Assembly (NCBI GenBank): GCA_046538155.1
Contig: JBKHJL010000009.1
Span: 1-31,704 of the forward strand
Source: Candidatus Micrarchaeia archaeon
Lineage (GTDB): Archaea; Micrarchaeota; Micrarchaeia; Anstonellales; Bilamarchaeaceae
Direction: 5' to 3'
Length of the DNA stretch: 31,704 bases
The position numbers and the translations under genes are program-made. The notes under the pieces are model-generated. The model ran no database searches. It had not been told where the DNA came from and worked only from the letters and a program-made list of their open reading frames with translations. Shown here piece after piece: positions 17,294 to 26,600 of the stretch (positions are counted from its first letter, which is position 1; the number at the start of each line of letters is the position of its first letter).

Positions 17294-18214
17294 ATGAAGA
17301 AACTGCTGTTGGTGCTGGTGCTCTTTTCCCTTATTTATCCTACAGATGGGGAGTTATGTAGTTTTTCTCCGGAAGATGAAGAAGCCCAAGAATCCTTTGA
17401 AACAGGGATGAACCTTGTTTATGCTGCAATACTGCTTTCAGTTGTGGTAGTTGCACTTTCATATATGGTGGGTAAGATAACCTCCAATCCCCGTCTTCTT
17501 GTTTTTAGCAAAAATGAACTTACTCAACTCGTGATTACGGTGATTGTGGCGATTTTCATACTGTCATTTTTGGAAGGGACCTGCTATTTCTTTACTTATT
17601 TTCTTGACCTCCCCCAAGGCCCCATTATAGCTGCACAAAATTATATGTATGGTCTACAAATTGAAGGAAAACTGATGCTCGGAAGCTTGATTAGCGAATC
17701 AATCAACCAGAAATTTTCCGCTGCCCGCGTCTATGGATATGTTGCACCAATTACTGGAGGTGAAATATTTTATCACAACTCTTTTTATACAGCTGGAGCT
17801 AGGCAGTACGAAATACTATCCGACCTGGTTACAGTTGGATATGTGAGCGCTGGAGTACAGTATTATCTTCTGATGTTTATTCAGGCCTTTGTTTTCCCGG
17901 TCCTGCTCCCCTTTGGCCTCCTGCTCAGGGCCCTTCCCTTTGTGCGGGACGGAGGAAATGTAATACTTGCAATATGCTTTTCCCTTCTTATAATATTTCC
18001 AATTGCTTATGCTGTTAACTCTTCTGCTGCGGAAATCGATTATGATTATTGTGATGAGGACAAGGAAAGATATCTGGGTGACTGCACCTCCCTCAGAGGG
18101 TGGGGCAGAATCTCCGCCTACCTGTTTCAAACAGTATTCCTGCCCGGGCTTGCAATGGTGGTTTCAATTTCCGGGGTTTCCGCGATGGTTAAGGTTGCAC
18201 GGGTGATGTCATGA
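17294..18214 (+). CDS. CedA/VirB6-like polytopic membrane protein, paralog 2
   Basis: YMVGKITSNPRLLVFSKNELTQ; LLPFGLLLRALPFVRDGGNVILA...IFP. Confidence 0.65.
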   Translation: MKKLLLVLVLFSLIYPTDGELCSFSPEDEEAQESFETGMNLVYAAILLSVVVVALSYMVGKITSNPRLLVFSKNELTQLVITVIVAIFILSFLEGTCYFFTYFLDLPQGPIIAAQNYMYGLQIEGKLMLGSLISESINQKFSAARVYGYVAPITGGEIFYHNSFYTAGARQYEILSDLVTVGYVSAGVQYYLLMFIQAFVFPVLLPFGLLLRALPFVRDGGNVILAICFSLLIIFPIAYAVNSSAAEIDYDYCDEDKERYLGDCTSLRGWGRISAYLFQTVFLPGLAMVVSISGVSAMVKVARVMS

Positions 18215-20532
18215 GCCGAAAAACTCCAGTAATTCTTGCCCTGCTTGCCCTTTCCATCCTGTTATTTTCAGGATGTGCCCAAGAAGAATCAGAGTATGTG
18301 GTTACCGGGGAAGGGGAAGACTTGGAGTATGGTGCATACGAACCAGCTTCTTCAGATACAGTTATTGGGGCAGTAGTAAAAGAATGGAGGCTTTTCTCAG
18401 TAATTTTCCTGATGGTTTCCGTGGCTTTAGTGGCAATTGTATATGCAGTTTCAGAGGGGCTGCAGATGCCCCGTCTCCGTGCATGGGCAGAAGTCGAGCT
18501 TGGGGAGGCCGTTTCCACTGCCCTTATAGTGATGTTTGTGGTGGGGGGGCTTGTTTTTGTTGAACTGGTAACCCATGGCATAACGATGGGGACGGATGAT
18601 TTTGACTGCAGTGACAGCACAGATTTTTGTCCGGTTGTGGTTGCCGAGCAATATCTTGGAGATTACCTGGACAAAACAATTGTTATTTATGATGATATAT
18701 TCGAAGATTCGCTCAAGTCAGGAAAAATAGGGACACTTTCATTCGTACTGGGGACAAATTATTGGTATGCAGGATATATGTCCATAAGCTTTAAGCTATT
18801 CCCACATTTCATGATTGATGTAACAACTGCAACCCAGCAGATGCAATTTCTTCTGGGAATGAGGGATGCCCTGGTGCTTCAGCAGTTCCTGCTTAACCAC
18901 GTTTCCGCTGTGCTTGCTCCGATGTTTCTGATGGTAGGGATTGTTTTTCGCTCCTTTTTCATTACCCGCAAACTTGGAGGCCTGCTCATGTCATTTGGAA
19001 TAGGTTTCCTGCTTGTTTTCCCGCTCATGTATGCCCTTTCCCTCTTTACCCTCAACAATACATTGCATGGCTCAATTACTACAGGGGGAGAGGTTACGGG
19101 GGATTACTGCACTGCAGCCTGCAGGGAGCTCCCTCCGGTTGCATATGACGCGCAAACCAGTGAATCTTATGATAGGAGCGAACTAATGGAGCTTTTCCCG
19201 CTTGAAGGATGTGAAGCATCAGCTAAATACAGTGTTTGCTTTGATGGAATCTGTGGAGCGCCTGCTTCTGGACAAGATGCCTGTACAGAAGGAGAAGTAT
19301 TTCACCCTTCTGGTTTCTGTTATAATTATGAAACGAGAACGCCCTGTGAAACTGAGAAGGAGCGCATCCAGCGCATAAATGAGTTCGTAGCAGGAAAGAA
19401 TTGTACAACTACTGAATTTGAGCTTCCCCCTCCTGAGGGTCATGGGGGAGAGCCGGAAATTGTAGAAATAGAAGCATGCAATGATATTATTTCCTGGGTG
19501 TCACCTGTTAATAATCACGAAATAGAAACCTGCGGACAATACGATGAAATATGCCCACCCAGATGCCGGACTCTTCCTTACCCCAGCGCTAATCCGGATT
19601 GCGCTTCCACTTATACCGAATACCAGTGCAGGGAGATTGTGCCTGAGGAATGCTTCCACATTCCCTATGCAAACATGAGCGATCCACTCCTTGCAGGGCT
19701 GGAAGAGATAGATACGGAGGCCTGCCCAGAGGAATGCCGGCCGGTTGTTGGCCTGAAGAAGGAAGGCTGTGATATTGGTTACGGGTTTATCCTGAACCGA
19801 TTTGATACTGTGGAAGAGGTGGATGCGCAAATGGAAGAGGATGGGTACACAGGACAACTGCTCAGCGACGTCTGCTGGGAAAAGTATGGTAGTTATCCGT
19901 CCATAGTTTCAGAGGCTCTTTGTTCTTCTGAAGTTCCTGCAGACAGGACGCTGAAAGTACTTGGGTTCAAGGACCTGGAGGATATAAAAGAAGAGGTTGA
20001 AAAAACAGTGATATGGGAAGAGGGATGCCCAAGCCAGTGCAGGTGGATAAAAAGCAACGAGGACCCTCCGATTGAATGCGCTAACAATCCACATTGTGAT
20101 TACAGCATGGATGCCAGTCCAATATGGGACGAAGCCCATACTGCTTGGGAGAATGAGGAGTTTGAAGGGCAGAAGCAAGCAGCAAAGCAAAGTTGCCACA
20201 TCATCATACCCAGTAATGTTTTTACTAGCAAAGAATGCGAATCTTGCAATTTTCTCAAGGACCCGGGATTTGCATCTTACCCCCCAGTCCACCAGAAATG
20301 CACGGCGCTATGTGGGAGGGCAAAAAACGTGGCAGTTTCCAAGAAAGGAGAGAATAATGCGGTTGGGGGCTTTAAAGGACCCGGCCAGATGAAGGCAATT
20401 ACCCAACTGGTTGTCCCATCCCTTATAATTCCCCTCCTCAATCTTGCTGTAACCTTTATATTCATAAGGAGCCTTTCCCCGATATTGGGGGGAGATGTGG
20501 ACATACCCGGAATGATGGGGATGATAAAATGA
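18211..20532 (+). CDS. CedA/VirB6-like membrane protein, paralog 3, with lipobox and large Cys-rich insertion
   Basis: LFSG|C lipobox; LQMPRLRAWAEVELGE; GIVFRSFFITRKLGGLLM...VFP; about 430-aa Cys-rich loop; C-terminal ILGGDVDI. Confidence 0.65.
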   Translation: MSRKTPVILALLALSILLFSGCAQEESEYVVTGEGEDLEYGAYEPASSDTVIGAVVKEWRLFSVIFLMVSVALVAIVYAVSEGLQMPRLRAWAEVELGEAVSTALIVMFVVGGLVFVELVTHGITMGTDDFDCSDSTDFCPVVVAEQYLGDYLDKTIVIYDDIFEDSLKSGKIGTLSFVLGTNYWYAGYMSISFKLFPHFMIDVTTATQQMQFLLGMRDALVLQQFLLNHVSAVLAPMFLMVGIVFRSFFITRKLGGLLMSFGIGFLLVFPLMYALSLFTLNNTLHGSITTGGEVTGDYCTAACRELPPVAYDAQTSESYDRSELMELFPLEGCEASAKYSVCFDGICGAPASGQDACTEGEVFHPSGFCYNYETRTPCETEKERIQRINEFVAGKNCTTTEFELPPPEGHGGEPEIVEIEACNDIISWVSPVNNHEIETCGQYDEICPPRCRTLPYPSANPDCASTYTEYQCREIVPEECFHIPYANMSDPLLAGLEEIDTEACPEECRPVVGLKKEGCDIGYGFILNRFDTVEEVDAQMEEDGYTGQLLSDVCWEKYGSYPSIVSEALCSSEVPADRTLKVLGFKDLEDIKEEVEKTVIWEEGCPSQCRWIKSNEDPPIECANNPHCDYSMDASPIWDEAHTAWENEEFEGQKQAAKQSCHIIIPSNVFTSKECESCNFLKDPGFASYPPVHQKCTALCGRAKNVAVSKKGENNAVGGFKGPGQMKAITQLVVPSLIIPLLNLAVTFIFIRSLSPILGGDVDIPGMMGMIK

Positions 20533-21563
20533 AGAGACTCCTGTTGATGCTTTCCCTGGTTTCCCTTTCCTTTGCCGCAGCAGAATGGGTCCCTCTCGCA
20601 TTCATAGCCGCACTTTCCGCATTTTTTATCCTGCTCATATTGTACCTGCTTGGATTCCTTGCAGATGCTGCCCAGATGAGGATGCTTGCAAGGCAGGAGA
20701 TGTACCAGGTTTTTGTTACTCTGATAATGATCGCGCTTTTCTTCTCATTTGAGCAATATTCTGTAACAGTGCTTTCCCCTGCGTTTGCAGAAGCCCTTGG
20801 AAAGCCGGAAATAAACCATATGGATTATGCTATGGGAATTGCAGACTATACTGCTGAATATCAATGGGATTTGCTCTGGAAGATCACTAAAGGGCTTACA
20901 GTCCCCTTGGGCAGCATTGCATCCACCAGCGCGACCTGCGGTTTCATAGGAAGCAGTTTTACTTACCCTGGTTGTGTGGGGGTGCAGGTAGCATATTCTT
21001 CAATGGTTTTTGCGACAAATGTGATGCTTTCGGCAATGGTCATGAACAATTCCCAGATTTTTCTGTTGCAGCTCGCAGAAAACTTCTTTTTTCCTGTTTT
21101 GCTTCCGCTTGGGCTTTTTCTGAGGTGTTTCCATTTCACCAGAGGGGCAGGGGGTCTGCTGATAGCATTTGCATTCTCTTTCTACTTTATCTTTCCTGTA
21201 TCAATAGTGATTACAAATGGACTGGCAAATATGCCGGATGACAAGCCCCCTGCGATGGAAAAAATTCCAAATCCCGGGAAAATAGAATATCTTGGTGAAG
21301 GATTCTGGAAGGATTTTGATACTTTTGATATTGATGCTGACTGCAATCCTCTTGATATGGATCCTTATGCAGGCAGGAAGCAGGCAAAACGGCTGGTCGG
21401 AAGCGGGGGAGGGGATATGGTTGATGGCCTTCTTTATGCCTTTTTCATAGAAGGATTATTTACTACAGTGATTAATATACTGATAACGCTTTCAGCGGTG
21501 CGTGGCCTTGCCTCTGTTTTCGGTGCAGAGGTGGATATCTCCGCACTTGCGAGGATTTCGTGA
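20529..21563 (+). CDS. CedA/VirB6-like polytopic membrane protein, paralog 4
   Basis: MRMLARQEMYQ; LLPLGLFLRCFHFTRGAGGLLIA...IFP; C-terminal VFGAEVDISALARI. Confidence 0.65.
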   Translation: MKRLLLMLSLVSLSFAAAEWVPLAFIAALSAFFILLILYLLGFLADAAQMRMLARQEMYQVFVTLIMIALFFSFEQYSVTVLSPAFAEALGKPEINHMDYAMGIADYTAEYQWDLLWKITKGLTVPLGSIASTSATCGFIGSSFTYPGCVGVQVAYSSMVFATNVMLSAMVMNNSQIFLLQLAENFFFPVLLPLGLFLRCFHFTRGAGGLLIAFAFSFYFIFPVSIVITNGLANMPDDKPPAMEKIPNPGKIEYLGEGFWKDFDTFDIDADCNPLDMDPYAGRKQAKRLVGSGGGDMVDGLLYAFFIEGLFTTVINILITLSAVRGLASVFGAEVDISALARIS

Positions 21564-21567
21564 TAAG

Positions 21568-22620
21568 ATGGCAATAGAATGGAGCGAAATGTATTCTCTT
21601 TCCCTGTTTGCTGCGGGGATTTCACTGATAGTGATGGGCTTGGTTTATGCAGCAGGAAAGCTTCTCAACAATCCCAGGTTTACGGTATGGGCAAAAACAG
21701 AAGTTTTCCAGGTTGGAGTAAGCATCGTCCTTGTTTTCATCTTGTTGTTCCTGGTTGGTCTGGTTGGTCTTTCTCCTGATGCAGACATTGCAATTAACGC
21801 GGGGTGGATTGATGTTTTTTCTGGTGGCCCCAGTATTGAAGACAAATATGACTACCCCAAAATTAATCCGGAAGATGATGTTTTTGAAACTTCTGAGGCA
21901 TACTTGCAGAATCTTGCTTATTTTGCCCACCGCTCGGTCCGCGGCTCAAGGGCGATGATGGGCGCAACAGATGAGTTTTCCAAGTATACAAGAACTCCCT
22001 GTGTGCCTCCCTGGCTGGCATGCATTATGGGCCGGAACGGCGTAAATGCAAGGCCGCTTAGCGGAACATCTGCATTTATGCAGTCCTCAAACCTTCTTAT
22101 GTATGCTTCAACCACGGCTTATCTAACGGTACTTGCCCAGATATTCTTTCTTAGATTTATTGAGCAGGGAGCATTGATAATTTACCTCCCACTTGCAATA
22201 ATATTGCGCTCCCTTCCTTTTATGCGTCCTCTTGGAGGAGCGCTGATTGCTATTTGTATTTCCCTTTTTCTTTTTTATCCGACCCTCGTGTTTGTAGAAT
22301 CTGCAGTTTGGAATCCATTTGAATTGGTTGGGGAAGACACTTGGAATGAAGTAGGGAGATTTTCCAAACAGGTAGAAGCAAAAAGATATGCCCTTTCATA
22401 TGGGATGGAAGCATCTGGTGATTGGGAATTTACCGGAGGAGAAAATCAAAAGTCGGTTTTACTTGTTGTTGATGATCTTGCAAGGATAACTTCCTCCTCC
22501 TTCTTGAGTTCGACATTTCTATTCTCCCTTAATATTTTAGCGGTTTCGGCTTCAGCCGCACTTTTCGCCCAGCTTCTCGGTGCGGAAGTAGACCTTAGTA
22601 GGCTGGTGAAAATTGTTTAG
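21568..22620 (+). CDS. CedA/VirB6-like polytopic membrane protein, paralog 5
   Basis: Start ATG 21568. VYAAGKLLNNPRFTVWAKTEVFQ; LPLAIILRSLPFMRPLGGALIA...FYP; LLGAEVDLSRLVKI. Confidence 0.65.
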   Translation: MAIEWSEMYSLSLFAAGISLIVMGLVYAAGKLLNNPRFTVWAKTEVFQVGVSIVLVFILLFLVGLVGLSPDADIAINAGWIDVFSGGPSIEDKYDYPKINPEDDVFETSEAYLQNLAYFAHRSVRGSRAMMGATDEFSKYTRTPCVPPWLACIMGRNGVNARPLSGTSAFMQSSNLLMYASTTAYLTVLAQIFFLRFIEQGALIIYLPLAIILRSLPFMRPLGGALIAICISLFLFYPTLVFVESAVWNPFELVGEDTWNEVGRFSKQVEAKRYALSYGMEASGDWEFTGGENQKSVLLVVDDLARITSSSFLSSTFLFSLNILAVSASAALFAQLLGAEVDLSRLVKIV

Positions 22621-22631
22621 GTGATGTTTTG

Positions 22632-23699
22632 ATGGGAAAAACAAAAATGCTCCTTGTGTTGGTGGGCTTGCTGCTATTCGCGGGCTGTCCCCAGGAAGCT
22701 TCGGATGAGACACAACTTGAAACGGGAGAGTTTTTACCTTACTGGAAGGTCACCTGGCTTCCCATCTGCATCATGGCTGTTGCTATCTCGGCCCTGCTCC
22801 ATGGGTTGATTTATGCAATAGGTTTTGCCCTCCAACTTCCGAGAGTACAGAGATATGCAGTTTCCGAATTGCTCCAGACCTCTGCAACTGCTATTATCGT
22901 TATTGTGCTGATTGCTTCCCTAGTTCAGGCGTTTGAATACATTGGTGGATTAGGAAGCATAACTTGTGGCGGAGAGGAGATAACCGACCCCATAGATGCA
23001 GACATGTGCAGGACCACTGAATTGCTTAATACTGTTTCAGAAAGGTATGATTACGTAAGGGATGCTGATATTGCCCCTGAACAGCAGACCTCCTTGCGGA
23101 TAACTGTTTGGGGGGTCCCGGTTTTTGTTGGCTCCTGGATGCTCCCGAATATATGGAAGAAGGTTGAAACATACCACAGCGTTGCTTACATTTGCGTGAA
23201 CCTGATGATAGGGCTTTCCGCAAAGCTTTTCATGCTCCAGTATATAAGAGAAAATATGCTCACCGTATTTCTTCCATTGGGAATAATACTGCGTACCTTC
23301 CACTTCACCAGGGGCATAGGTGCATTCTTTATTTCAATTGGAATTGGTTTTTTCTTTATTTACCCTACAGTTACTTTCATAATGGATTCAAGCTTCTCGG
23401 AATCTCTTGAGGGCGGAGACCTCCCCGAGATAATCACCACAGGAATGTGCAATATGCCTATGTTTGGAAGCTTTTCCTATGGCTCTGCAGCGCTTGCCCA
23501 GTACGGAAGCAGGTCTGACCTGGCTTCCCAAGTTTCCCTTTCAAAAAAATTGTCCCAGTTTGTGGCAGACCTGCAAACGGTTCTGTTGTACAATAATATG
23601 GTGGCTTTTGCGCTTACGCTTACCTTTTTGAGATATTCCACAACCATATTGGGAGGAGACGTAATGCCTTTTATAAGTATGGTTGGGAGGTTGGTATGA
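22632..23699 (+). CDS. CedA/VirB6-like membrane protein, paralog 6, with lipobox
   Basis: LFAG|C lipobox; LQLPRVQRYAVSELLQ; LPLGIILRTFHFTRGIGAFFI...IYP; ILGGDV. Confidence 0.65.
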   Translation: MGKTKMLLVLVGLLLFAGCPQEASDETQLETGEFLPYWKVTWLPICIMAVAISALLHGLIYAIGFALQLPRVQRYAVSELLQTSATAIIVIVLIASLVQAFEYIGGLGSITCGGEEITDPIDADMCRTTELLNTVSERYDYVRDADIAPEQQTSLRITVWGVPVFVGSWMLPNIWKKVETYHSVAYICVNLMIGLSAKLFMLQYIRENMLTVFLPLGIILRTFHFTRGIGAFFISIGIGFFFIYPTVTFIMDSSFSESLEGGDLPEIITTGMCNMPMFGSFSYGSAALAQYGSRSDLASQVSLSKKLSQFVADLQTVLLYNNMVAFALTLTFLRYSTTILGGDVMPFISMVGRLV

Positions 23700-26600
23700 T
23701 GGAAAACAGGATTTTTGTTATTCTTTGTGCGGCCTTTCTGATTTTGCTTATGGGGTGCGCTGTACCCACATACCAGTTCTGCTGTTATTATGAAGATGCA
23801 TTTCCAGAAGGAGATGAGGACCCGGTTTGCAGGGGTATTGATGAAGGAGGAACTGAGCAGACGATTACAGGGGTTGAATGTGATGAGGAAGAACTGATCT
23901 GCACTTGGGAAGAGGACGATGAAGTCAAAGAAGCCCCTGTCTGCCCGCGTATAGAAACACATCCCTGCAATACCAGTTGCATGGGTGTTTTCTGCGGAAA
24001 TTTCTTTTACGATCCCCGTCCAGACCCGAGTGCAATTGCAGAAGACGAATCGCACAAGGAGCCGAGCGATGAGAATGAGATATATGACCCTGGAGAGCCG
24101 GACGAGCCACTTGGTATGTGGAATGCGGAGTGCCAAGTCCAGAACATGACATCCCTTTTCCTGAGAAAAGTTGAGAACTCTGACACAATAACGTTGAATA
24201 CATTCAGGTTTGGGGTGGGGGATTCTTTCCAGGAGTTCGAAGAAGCACAATACTATTTCCCGATTACAGACCAGGCATGCGAGCTAAATTCCGGAGGATA
24301 TGTGGACAGGTATCTTGTTTACGCAATTCCAAATAGTGTTGAGGGCGGAGGCAAGCTTTGCTCATTACAGGCTGTTGAGGAAGAAACATTTGCTGAAAAG
24401 CAGTCATCAGGGATTTCTCTTATGGGCGTAAGCCTGGCGGACTCCTGCATCTCGGATGCGGATTGTGGAGAAAACGAAGTGTGCTATTCAGGAAAGTGTT
24501 ATCCTGCCGTTCCGGGAATGTGCCTTTCTGAGGAGGACTGTGCAGAAGGAGAAGTGTGCTATGAGGGGGGTTGTGTTAACCCATGCATGTTTGTCCGATG
24601 CCAGCCGGATGAAACCTGCGTACAGGCCCAGTGTGTTCCCCTGGAACCCGGCACAGAATGCACAAATGATGATGATTGCGGAAAAAGGGAAACCTGCCTT
24701 AATGGGTACTGCAAGACAGATGTTTTTGCTGAGCATCCGGACGAATGCACTTCCAATGCAGACTGCGGTGAAGATGAGGTATGTTTTATACTGCCATGGG
24801 AAGATTATGGGTATTGCAGGGACCCTTGTGTAGGTATTTACTGCCATGGAGGAGAGATATGTGTTGGGGGCAGTTGCTTCCAGACATGCGAAGAGGAGGC
24901 AGACTGTGCATTTGATGAAAGCTGTGTATCCGGGGAAGAAGGGAAATACTGCAAGCCATTGGAATTTAGTACCGAGTGCGAGTTAGATGCGGACTGTGAA
25001 GAAGACGAAATATGCTCTGGTGGATTCTGCATAGATGTGGCAGTGGGAGATGAGCAGCCGAAAATAGACAAGATGTATGTATGCAATGCAAATTCCAATA
25101 TTAAATCCACACAGTATTTTGACTGTGCCTCCAGGTGCGCACTTTCCATTTACGGGTATGGCGCAGAAGTTGAGCCATACAACCCCTACCTCTCGATATA
25201 TGAAGGTGAAAGGGTAGGGAACCCGTTTGCCTATGCGCCGGACAGGGAGAACTTCCCGGATGGGTATCCGGATTTTGGGCCAGGAGTGGAGTTTCTTGAA
25301 TACTATAGAGATGAGGTGGGTCCATTGAGGGCTTCTGGTTCTGATGAATATGCAAAAGGAACAATCCTCTATGGTGCAACATTCGGCAACCCAAGGATAG
25401 TGGGTTCTGACACTTCAGATTTAGAGGATGATTTGCTTTTCTACCAGTATATTGCCAACCCTGAGGAGGGATACCCCCAATTTCTGCAGCAAGGAACCTA
25501 TTCTGATGAAGGGATTTTCCTGGATTGGGACGGGGAAAGGGCCATGGCATCCTTTTTTACAGTAGAAGAAGACCCGCACCAGATATACCCATGGCTGCTT
25601 TCCCTTCATTCTGTTTACAACAGGCAATTCGAGGAAGGGAATATCCTTGCAGATGGAAGTGTAGAAGGAGGCGCTGAGTTTGAATGCCTTGATGGTACAG
25701 AATGCCTTTCAGGGTACTGCAATACCTTTGATTACAAAAGGGGAGCGTGCGTAGGGGTTGATGGAAGCGACATACTCTGTGACTGCAAAAATGAAAACGG
25801 GCAGATGGTGTGCACAGGTTCTGCAGGGATAGAGCTGAATGCATGGGATAAACCTTCTGAAAAAGTAGAGGCACCTGTTCCGCTTTCCGCCCCGATTGAT
25901 GTGCGGGGCAATACGGAAGTTGTTGCCTCCCTGCCCTCTTTTGCAAAGGTGCAGAATGTTCCTTTTGGGCCTGCCGGTGAATATGCTGTGGATTTTGGAG
26001 AGGGCGAAGAAGATATACCCGCAGAGATTCCCTTGTTGATTGTGCAGGTGGGAGGAGGGACAGAAACAACCCGTGGATATAACCTTGCCAGTTATGAATC
26101 GTTGGGCTGGGGTGAGATTGGAGCACCCTACCAGGAACCCACCCTGCGGCCTGCCGCTTTGCTGGATCCGTGCAGTGCCGTGCCAGGGGTTAACTGGTGG
26201 TCTGTTGTTGATGAAAATGATGTTGAGCATGTTTATTGTTGCGATGGCACAGAAACATGCAAGATGGAATGCCTGATAGAAGGATGCACACAGATGGTGG
26301 ATGTCCATGCATATACCTATGGCACTGGGAAGCACATGCCCAGGATAATAGAGAATTGTATTGGAGCGGAGTATAAGAAGTATGTTCATGTCTGTTACAG
26401 TGATGATGGCAAAGACCGAGTGGGAATCTGGGGATTTGATACTGGGGATGGCGGTCCGCTCACTGAGCACACAGAAGACCTGATAATTGGAACTCCAGGG
26501 GATTATGATACGGGCTATAGTTTTTGTGAGTATCTGGGACATGTAGGTTTAGCAGGAGGAGACACATCAGTAAGTAATAAAGACCGAAGAGAACTGAGGT

